Shown here in pieces: positions 54,380-64,000 of a stretch of DNA of 64,000 nt. The position numbers and the translations under genes are program-made. Source of the stretch: Eledone cirrhosa (Eukaryota); NCBI GenBank assembly GCA_964016885.1, contig OZ024744.1:310001-374000 (forward strand), in the 5' to 3' direction. Each line of letters opens with the position of its first letter. The first letter of the stretch is position 1. The notes under the pieces are model-generated. The model saw nothing but the letters and a program-made list of their open reading frames with translations, had not been told where the DNA came from and searched no databases.

Positions 54380-57300
54380 TACCTTGTCTTCCCTCAAAAC
54401 TTCGTTCTTCACCAAGCTATATTTCCCTACCTTTTTTTCCCCCAAAACTCCGTTCTTCACCAAACTATCTTTCTCTACCTTGTCTTTCCTCAAAACTTCG
54501 TTCTTCACCAAGCTATCTTTCTCTATCTTGTCTTCCCTCAAAACTCCGTTCTTCATCAAGCTATCGTTCTCTACTTTGTCTTCCCTCGAAACGTCGTTCT
54601 TCACCAAGCTATCTTTCTCTACCTTGTCTTCCCTCAAAACTTCGTTCGTTCTTCACCAAGCTATCTTTCTCTACCTTGTCTTCCCCCAAAACTTCGTTCT
54701 TCACAAGCTATCCTTCTCTACCTTGTCTTCCCTCAAAACTTCGTTCTTCACCAAGCTATCTTTCTCTACTTTGTCTTCCCTCAAAACTTCGTTCTTGATC
54801 AAGCTATCTTTCTATTCCTTGTCTTCCCTCAAAACTTCGTTCTTCACCAAGCTATCTTTCTCTACTTTGTCTTCCCTCAAAACATCGTTCGTTCTTCATC
54901 AAGCTATCTTTCTCTATCTTGTCTTCCCTCAAGACTTCGTTCGTCACCAAGCTATATTTCTCTACATTGCCTTCCCCCAAAACTTCGTTCTTCATCAAGC
55001 TATCTTTCTCTACCTTGTCTTCCCACAAAACGTCGTTCTTCACCAAGCTATCTTTCCCTACCTTGTCTTCCCTCAAAACGTCGTTCTTCACCAAGCTATC
55101 TTTCTCTACCCATTCTTCTCTCAAAACTTCGTTCTTCACCAAGCTCTCTTTCTCTACCTTGTCTTCCCTCAAAACTTCGTTCTTCACCAGGCTATCTTTC
55201 TCAACCCTGTCTTCCCCCAAAACTTCGTTCCTCACCAAGCTATCTTTCTCTACCTTGTCTTCCCTCAAAACTTCGTTCTTCACCAAGCTATCTTTCTCTA
55301 CCTTTTTTTCCCCCAAAACTCCGTTCTTCACCAAACTATATTTCTCTACCTTGTCTTCCCTCAAAACTTCGTTCTTCACCAAGCTATCTTTCTCTATCTT
55401 GTCTTCCCTCAAAACTCCGTTCTTCATCAAGCTATCGTTCTCTACTTTGTCTTCCCTCGAAACGTCGTTCGTCACCAAGCTATCTTTCTCTACCTTGTCT
55501 TCCCTCAAAACTTCGTTCGTTCTTCACCAAGCTATCTTTCTCTAACTTGTCTTCCCCCAAAACTTCGTTCTTCACAAGCTATCCTTCTCTACCTTGTCTT
55601 CCCTCAAAACTTCGTTCTTCACCAAGCTATCTTTCCCTACCTTTTTTTCCCCCAAAACTCCGTTCTTCACCAAACTATCTTTCTCTACCTTGTCTTTCCT
55701 CAAAACTTCGTTCTTCACCAAGCTATCTTTCTCTATCTTGTCTTCCCTCAAAACTCCGTTCTTCATCAAGCTATCGTTCTCTACTTTGTCTTCCCTCGAA
55801 ACGTCGTTCTTCACCAAGCTATCTTTCTCTACCTTGTCTTCCCTCAAAACTTCGTTCGTTCTTCACCAAGCTATCTTTCTCTACCTTGTCTTCCCCCAAA
55901 ACTTCGTTCTTCACAAGCTATCCTTCTCTACCTTGTCTTCCCTCAAAACTTCGTTCTTCACCAAGCTATCTTTCTCTACTTTGTCTTCCCTCAAAACTTC
56001 GTTCTTGATCAAGCTATCTTTCTATTCCTTGTCTTCCCTCAAAACTTCGTTCTTCACCAAGCTATCTTTCTCTACTTTGTCTTCCCTCAAAACATCGTTC
56101 GTTCTTCATCAAGCTATCTTTCTCTATCTTGTCTTCCCTCAAGACTTCGTTCGTCACCAAGCTATATTTCTCTACATTGTCTTCCCCCAAAACTTCGTTC
56201 TTCATCAAGCTATCTTTCTCTACCTTGTCTTCCCACAAAACGTCGTTCTTCACCAAGCTATCTTTCCCTACCTTGTCGTCCCTCAAAACGTCGTTCTTCA
56301 CCAAGCTATCTTTCTCTACCCATTCTTCTCTCAAAACTTCGTTCTTCACCAAGCTCTCTTTCTCTACCTTGTCTTCCCTCAAAACTTCGTTCTTCACCAG
56401 GCTATCTTTCTCAACCCTGTCTTCCCCCAAAACTTCGTTCCTCACCAAGCTATCTTTCTCTACCTTGTCTTCCCTCAAAACTTCGTTCTTCACCAAGCTA
56501 TCTTTCTCTACCTTTTTTTCCCCCAAAACTCCGTTCTTCACCAAACTATCTTTCTCTACCTTGTCTTCCCTCAAAACTTCGTTCTTCACCAAGCTATCTT
56601 TCTCTATCTTGTCTTCCCTCAAAACTCCGTTCTTCATCAAGCTATCGTTCTCTACTTTGTCTTCCCTCGAAACGTCGTTCGTCACCAAGCTATCTTTCTC
56701 TACCTTGTCTTCCCTCAAAACTTCGTTCGTTCTTCACCAAGCTATCTTTCTCTAACTTGTCTTCCCCCAAAACTTCGTTCTTCACAAGCTATCCTTCTCT
56801 ACCTTGTCTTCCCTCAAAACTTCGTTCTTCACCAAGCTATCTTTCTCTACCTTGTCTTCCCCCAAAACTTCGTTCTTCATCAAGCTATCTTTCTCTACCT
56901 TGTCTTCCCACAAAACGTCGTTCTTCACCAAGCTATCTTTCCCTACCTTGTCTTCCCTCAAAACGTCGTTCTTCACCAAGCTATCTTTCTCTACCCATTC
57001 TTCTCTCAAAACTTCGTTCTTCACCAAGCTCTCTTTCTCTACCTTGTCTTCCCTCAAAACTTCGTTCTTCACCAGGCTATCTTTCTCAACCCTGTCTTCC
57101 CCCAAAACTTCGTTCCTCACCAAGCTATCTTTCTCTACCTTGTCTTCCCTCAAAACTTCGTTCTTCACCAAGCTATCTTTCTCTACCTTTTTTTGCCCCA
57201 AAACTCCGTTCTTCACCAAACTATCTTTCTCTACCTTGTCTTCCCTCAAAACTTCGTTCTTCACCAAGCTATCTTTCTCTATCTTGTCTTCCCTCAAAAC

Positions 57301-57500
57301 TCCGTTCTTCATCAAGCTATCGTTCTCTACTTTGTCTTCCCTCGAAACGTCGTTCGTCACCAAGCTATCTTTCTCTACCTTGTCTTCCCTCAAAACTTCG
57401 TTCGTTCTTCACCAAGCTATCTTTCTCTAACTTGTCTTCCCCCAAAACTTCGTTCTTCACAAGCTATCCTTCTCTACCTTGTCTTCCCTCAAAACTTCGT
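54380..57500. repeat. Tandem higher-order repeat, 1210 bp = 25 monomers, 2 copies, followed by a 675-bp (14-monomer) partial re-duplication
   Basis: ORF pairs 54852/56062, 54919/56129 and ORF right ends 54637/55847 (1210). ORF ends 56718/57393 and 56755/57430 (675). Confidence 0.85.
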
Positions 57501-60500
57501 TCTTCACCAAGCTATCTTTCTCTACCTTGTCTTCCCTCAAAACTTCGTTCTTGATCAAGCTATCTTTCTATACCTTGTCTTCCATCAAAACTTCGTTCTT
57601 CACCAAGCTATCTTTCTCTACCTTGTCTTCCCTCAAAACTTCGTTCTTCACCAAGCTATCTTTCTCTATCTTGTCTTCCCTCAAAACTCCGTTCTTCATC
57701 AAGCTATCGTTCTCTACTTTGTCTTCCCTCAAAACGTCGTTCTTCACCAAGCTATCTTTCTCTACCTTGTCTTCCCTCAAAACTTCGTTCGTTCTTCACC
57801 AGGCTATCTTTCTCTACCCTGTCTTCCCCCAAAACTTCGTTCCTCACCAAGCTATCTTTCTCTACCTTGTCTTCCCTCAAAACTTCGTTCTTCACCAAGC
57901 TATCTTTCTCTACCTTTTTTTCCCCCAAAACTTCGTTCTTCACCAAACTATCTTTCTCTACCTTCTCTTACCTCAAAACTTCGTTCTTCACCAAGCTAAC
58001 TTTCTCTACCTTGTCTTCCCTCAAAACTTCGTTCTTCATCAAGCAATCTTTCTCTACCTTGTCTTCCCTCAAAACTTCGTTCTTCACCAAGCTATCTTTC
58101 TCTACCTTGTCTTCCCTCAAAACTTCGTTCTTCACCAAGCTATCTTTCCCTACCTTTTTTTCCCCCAAAACTCCGTTCTTCACCAAACTATCTTTCTCTA
58201 CCTTGTCTTCCCTCAAAACTTCGTTCTTCACCAAGCTATCTTTCTCTATCGTGTCTTCCCTCAAAACTCCGTTCTTCATCAAGCTATCGTTCTCTACTTT
58301 GTCTTCCCTCGAAACGTCGTTCTTCACCAAGCTATCTTTCTCTACCTTGTCTTCCCTCAAAACTTCGTTCGTTCCTCACCAAGATATCTTTCTCTACCTT
58401 GTCTTCCCCCAAAACTTCGTTCTTCACAAGCTATCTTTCTATACCTTGTCTTCCCTCAAAACTTCGTTCTTCACCAAGCTATCTTTCTCTACCTTGTCTT
58501 CCCTCAAAACTTCGTTCTTGATCAAGCTATCTTTCTCTACCTTGCATTCCCTCAAAACTTCGTTCTTCACCAAGCTATCTTTCTCTACCTTGTCTTCCCT
58601 CAAAACTTCGTTCTTCACCAAGCTATCTTTCTCTACCTTGTCTTTCCTCAAAACTTCGTTCTTCACCAAGCTATCTTTCTCTACCTTTTTTCCCCCAAAA
58701 CTTCGTTCTTCACCAAACTATCTTTCTCTACCTTGTCTTCCCTCAAAACTTCGTTCTTCACCAAGCTAACTTTCTCTATCTTGTCTTCCCTCAAAACTTC
58801 GTTCTTCACCAAGCTATCTTTCTCTACCTTGTCTTCCCCCAAAACATCGTTCTTCACCAAGCTATCTTTCTCTACCTTGTCTTCCCTCAAAACTTCGTTA
58901 TTCACCAAGCTATCTTTCTCTACCTTGCCTTCCTGCAAAACTTCGTTCTCCATCAAGCTATCTTTCTCTACTTTGTCTTCCCTCAAAACGTCGTTCTTCA
59001 CCAAGCTATCTTTCTCTACCTTGTCTTCCCTCAAAACTCCGTTCGTTCTTCACCAAGCTATCTTTCTCTACATTGTCTTCCCCCAAGACTTCGTTCTTCA
59101 CAAGCTATCCTTCTCTACCTTGTCTTCCCTCAAAACTTCGTTCTTCACCAATCTATCTTTCTCTACCTTGTCTTCCCTCAAAACTTCGTTCTTCACCAAG
59201 CTATATTTCTCTACTTTGTCTTCCCTCAACACATCGTTCGTTCTTCATCAAGCTATCTTTCTCTACCTTGTCTTCCCTCAAGACTTCGTTCGTCACCAAG
59301 CTATCTTTCTCTACCTTGTCTTCCCACAAAACGTCGTTCTTCACCAAGCTATCTTTCCCTACCTTGTCTTCCCTCAAAACGTCGTTCTTCACCAAGCTAT
59401 CTTTCTCTACCCATTCTTCTCTCAAAACTTCGTTCTTCACCAAGCTCTCTTTCTCTACCTTGTCTTCCCTCAAAACTTCGTTCTTCACCAGGCTATCTTT
59501 CTCAACCCTGTCTTCCCCCAAAACTTCGTTCCTCACCAAGCTATCTTTCTCTACCTTGTCTTCCCTCAAAACTTCGTTCTTCACCAATCTATCTTTCTCT
59601 ACCTTTTTTTGCCCCAAAACTCCGTTCTTCACCAAACTATCTTTCTCTACCTTGTCTTCCCTCAAAACTTCGTTCTTCACCAAGCTATCTTTCTCTATCT
59701 TGTCTTCCCTCAAAACTCCGTTCTTCATCAAGCTATCGTTCTCTACTTTGTCTTCCCTCGAAACGTCGTTCGTCACCAAGCTATCTTTCTCTACCTTGTC
59801 TTCCCTCAAAACTTCGTTCGTTCTTCACCAAGCTATCTTTCTCTAACTTGTCTTCCCCCAAAACTTCGTTCTTCACAAGCTATCCTTCTCTACCTTGTCT
59901 TCCCTCAAAACTTCGTTCTTCACCAAGCTATCTTTCTCTACCTTGTCTTCCCTCAAAACTTCGTTCTTGATCAAGCTATCTTTCTATACCTTGTCTTCCA
60001 TCAAAACTTCGTTCTTCACCAAGCTATCTTTCTCTACCTTGTCTTCCCTCAAAACTTCGTTCTTCACCAAGCTATCTTTCTCTATCTTGTCTTCCCTCAA
60101 AACTCCGTTCTTCATCAAGCTATCGTTCTCTACTTTGTCTTCCCTCAAAACGTCGTTCTTCACCAAGCTATCTTTCTCTACCTTGTCTTCCCTCAAAACT
60201 TCGTTCGTTCTTCACCAGGCTATCTTTCTCTACCCTGTCTTCCCCCAAAACTTCGTTCCTCACCAAGCTATCTTTCTCTACCTTGTCTTCCCTCAAAACT
60301 TCGTTCTTCACCAAGCTATCTTTCTCTACCTTTTTTTCCCCCAAAACTTCGTTCTTCACCAAACTATCTTTCTCTACCTTCTCTTACCTCAAAACTTCGT
60401 TCTTCACCAAGCTAACTTTCTCTACCTTGTCTTCCCTCAAAACTTCGTTCTTCATCAAGCAATCTTTCTCTACCTTGTCTTCCCTCAAAACTTCGTTCTT

Positions 60501-61720
60501 CACCAAGCTATCTTTCTCTACCTTGTCTTCCCTCAAAACTTCGTTCTTCACCAAGCTATCTTTCCCTACCTTTTTTTCCCCCAAAACTCCGTTCTTCACC
60601 AAACTATCTTTCTCTACCTTGTCTTCCCTCAAAACTTCGTTCTTCACCAAGCTATCTTTCTCTATCGTGTCTTCCCTCAAAACTCCGTTCTTCATCAAGC
60701 TATCGTTCTCTACTTTGTCTTCCCTCGAAACGTCGTTCTTCACCAAGCTATCTTTCTCTACCTTGTCTTCCCTCAAAACTTCGTTCGTTCCTCACCAAGA
60801 TATCTTTCTCTACCTTGTCTTCCCCCAAAACTTCGTTCTTCACAAGCTATCTTTCTATACCTTGTCTTCCCTCAAAACTTCGTTCTTCACCAAGCTATCT
60901 TTCTCTACCTTGTCTTCCCTCAAAACTTCGTTCTTGATCAAGCTATCTTTCTCTACCTTGCATTCCCTCAAAACTTCGTTCTTCACCAAGCTATCTTTCT
61001 CTACCTTGTCTTCCCTCAAAACTTCGTTCTTCACCAAGCTATCTTTCTCTACCTTGTCTTTCCTCAAAACTTCGTTCTTCACCAAGCTATCTTTCTCTAC
61101 CTTTTTTCCCCCAAAACTTCGTTCTTCACCAAACTATCTTTCTCTACCTTGTCTTCCCTCAAAACTTCGTTCTTCACCAAGCTAACTTTCTCTATCTTGT
61201 CTTCCCTCAAAACTTCGTTCTTCACCAAGCTATCTTTCTCTACCTTGTCTTCCCCCAAAACATCGTTCTTCACCAAGCTATCTTTCTCTACCTTGTCTTC
61301 CCTCAAAACTTCGTTATTCACCAAGCTATCTTTCTCTACCTTGCCTTCCTGCAAAACTTCGTTCTCCATCAAGCTATCTTTCTCTACTTTGTCTTCCCTC
61401 AAAACGTCGTTCTTCACCAAGCTATCTTTCTCTACCTTGTCTTCCCTCAAAACTCCGTTCGTTCTTCACCAAGCTATCTTTCTCTACATTGTCTTCCCCC
61501 AAGACTTCGTTCTTCACAAGCTATCCTTCTCTACCTTGTCTTCCCTCAAAACTTCGTTCTTCACCAAGCTATCTTTCTCTACCTTGTCTTCCCTCAAAAC
61601 TTCGTTCTTCACCAAGCTATATTTCTCTACTTTGTCTTCCCTCAACACATCGTTCGTTCTTCATCAAGCTATCTTTCTCTACCTTGTCTTCCCTCAAGAC
61701 TTCGTTCGTCACCAAGCTAT
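56900..61720. repeat. Tandem higher-order repeat, 2416 bp = 50 monomers, 2 copies
   Basis: ORF pairs 57479/59895, 57867/60283, 58681/61097 and 59201/61617. Private variants CTCTTACC (57965/60381), AAGCAATC (58041/60457) and TTGCATTCCC (58542/60958). Confidence 0.92.
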
Positions 61721-64000
61721 CTTTCTCTACATTGTCTTCCCCCAAAACTTCGTTCTTCATCAAGCTATCTTTCTCTACCTTGTCTACCCCCAAAACTTCG
61801 TTCTTCACCAAGCTATCTTTCTCTACCTTGTCTTCCCACAAAACTTCGTTCTTCACCAAGCTATCTTTCTCTACCTTGTCTTCCCACAAAACGTCGTTCT
61901 TCACCAAGCTATCTTTCCCTACCTTGTCTTCCCTCAAAACGTCGTTCTTCACCAAGCTATCTTTCTCTACCCATTCTTCTCTCAAAACTTCGTTCTTCAC
62001 CAAGCTCTCTTTCTCACCCTTGTCTTCCCTCAAAACTTCGTTCTTCACCAGGCTATCTTTCTCTACCCTGTCTTCCCCCAAAACTTCGTTCCTCACCAAG
62101 CTATCTTTCTCTACCTTCTCTTCCCTCAAAACTTCGTTCTTCACCAAGCTAACTTGCTCTACCTTGTCTTCCCTCAAAACTTCGTTCTTCATCAAGCAAT
62201 CTTTCTCTACCTTGTCTTCCCTCAAAACTTCGTTCTTCACCAAGCTATCTTTCTCTACCTTGTCTTCCCTCAAAACTTCGTTCTTCACCAAGCTATCTTT
62301 CCCTACCTTTTTTTCCCCCAAAACTCCGTTCTTCACCAAACTATCTTTCTCTACCTTGTCTTCCCTCAAAACTTCGTTCTTCACCAAGCTATCTTTCTCT
62401 ATCTTGTCTTCCCTCAAAACTCCGTTCTTCATCAAGCTATCGTTCTCTACTTTGTCTTCCCTCGAAACGTCGTTCTTCACCAAGCTATCTTTCTCTACCT
62501 TGTCTTCCCTCAAAACTTCGTTCGTTCTTCACCAAGCTATCTTTCTCTACCTTGTCTTCCCCCAAAACTTCGTTCTTCACAAGCTATCCTTCTCTACCTT
62601 GTCTTCCCTCAAAACTTCGTTCTTCACCAAGCTATCTTTCTCTACCTTGTCTTCCCTCAAAACTTCGTTCTTGATCAAGCTATCTTTCTATACCTTGTCT
62701 TCCATCAAAACTTCGTTCTTCACCAAGCTATCTTTCTCTACCTTGTCTTCCCTCAAAACTTCGTTCTTGATCAAGCTATCTTTCTATACCTTGTCTTCCC
62801 TCAAAACGTCGTTCTTCACCAAGCTATCTTTCTCTACCTTGTCTTCCCTCAAAACTTCGTTCGTTCTTCACCAAGCTATCTTTCTCTACCTTGTCTTCCC
62901 CCAAAACTTCGTTCTTCACAAGCTATCTTTCTCTACCTTGTCTTCCCTCAAAACTTCGTTCTTGATCAAGCTATCTTTCTCTACCTTGCATTCCCTCAAA
63001 ACTTCGTTCTTCACCAAGCTATCTTTCCCTACCTTTTTTTCCCCCAAAACTCCATTCTTCACCAAACTATCTTTCTCTACCTTGTCTTCCCTCAAAACTT
63101 CGTTCTTCACCAAGCTATCTTTCTCTATCTTGTCTTCCATCAAAACTTCGTTCTTCACCAAGCTATCTTTCTCTACCTTGTCTTCCCTCAAAACTTCGTT
63201 CTTCACCAAGCTATCTTTCCCTACCTTTTTTTCCCCCAAAACTCCGTTCTTCACCAAACTATCTTTCTCTACCTTGTCTTCCCTCAAAACTTCGTTCTTC
63301 ACCAAGCTATCTTTCTCTATCTTGTCTTCCCTCAAAACTCCGTTCTTCATCAAGCTATCGTTCTCTACTTTGTCTTCCCTCGAAACGTCGTTCTTCACCA
63401 AGCTATCCTTCTCTACCTTGTCTTCCCTCAAAACTTCGTTCGTTCTTCACCAAGCTATCTTTCTCTACCTTGTCTTCCCTCAAAACTTCGTTCTTCACCA
63501 AGCTATCTTTCTCTACCTTGCATTCCCTGAAAACTTCGTTCTTCACCAAGCTATCTTTCTCTACCTTGTCTTCCCTCAAAACTTCGTTCTTCACCAAGCT
63601 ATCTTTCTCTACCTTGTCTTCCCTCAAAACTTCGTTCTTCACAAGCTATCCTTCTCTACCTTGTCTTCGCTCAAAACTTCGTTCTTCACCAAGCTATCTT
63701 TCTCTACCTTGTCTTCCCTCAAAACTTCGTTCTTCACCAAGCTATCTTTCTCTACTTTGTCTTCCCTCAAAACATCGTTCGTTCTTCATCAAGCTATCTT
63801 TCTCTACCTTGTCTTCCCTCAAGACTTCGTTCGTCACCAAGCTATCTTTCTCTACATTGTCTTCCCCCAAAACTTCGTTCTTCACCAAGCTATCTTTCTC
63901 TACCTTGTCTTCCCTCAAAACGTCGTTCTTCACCAAGCTATCTTTCTCTACCTTGTCTTCCCCCAAAACTTCGTTCTTCACCAAGCTATCTTTCTCTACC

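Larger units (their letters stand above)
1..64000. repeat. 48-bp tandem repeat array (satellite DNA), about 1,320-1,330 monomers, single orientation, truncated by both window edges
   Basis: CAAGCTATCTTTCTCTACCTTGTCTTCCCTCAAAACTTCGTTCTTCAC recurs end to end (e.g. 385-432), usually with 0-4 substitutions per copy. All ORFs have a 16-aa period. No non-repeat sequence was seen. Confidence 0.99.

Noticed and set aside
1-64000. CRISPR array
   Set aside because: There are no unique spacers: the whole 48 bp is repeated. There is no leader and no cas gene.
1-64000. Nucleosome phasing or intrinsic curvature (3x48 = 144 bp, 4x48 = 192 bp; one A4 tract per monomer)
   Set aside because: This is numerology without data. 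No 3- or 4-monomer periodicity in variants was seen, and 48 bp is not an integral number of helical turns.
1-64000. Antigenic-variation cassette library, diversity-generating system or encoded information in the variant order
   Set aside because: Variant order is explained by block duplication and deletion. No recombinase, reverse transcriptase or expression locus is present.
1-64000. Telomeric repeat, rRNA/tRNA array or transposon
   Set aside because: No canonical telomere motif, no self-complementary RNA-like structure, and no terminal repeats or transposase/RT ORF were seen.

Overview
The whole 64-kb window is one uninterrupted, head-to-tail tandem array (satellite-type DNA) of a 48-bp monomer, consensus CAAGCTATCTTTCTCTACCTTGTCTTCCCTCAAAACTTCGTTCTTCAC (9 A, 17 C, 3 G, 19 T; about 42% GC, 75% pyrimidine on the + strand). 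There are roughly 1,320-1,330 copies (estimated from length), all in the same orientation, and the array runs off both window ends. I see no unique sequence, inversion, transposon insertion, RNA gene, CRISPR spacers or credible protein gene. The ORF track follows from the repeat itself: the monomer length is a multiple of 3 and the consensus is stop-free in four of six frames. The real structure lies in the variant pattern. Recurrent 52-, 47-, 45- and 49-bp monomers and diagnostic SNPs define nested, locally changing higher-order repeats (periods 627, 819, 1064, 1210, 1451, 1885, 2416, 2460, 3185, 3431, 5167 and 8878 bp) and at least three variant-defined sub-domains. Organism and function (centromeric, heterochromatic, coding-derived) cannot be determined from sequence alone. 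I found no supportable novel gene system. Duplication offsets come from matching markers and ORF coordinates; block boundaries were placed by eye and are approximate (about one or two monomers).
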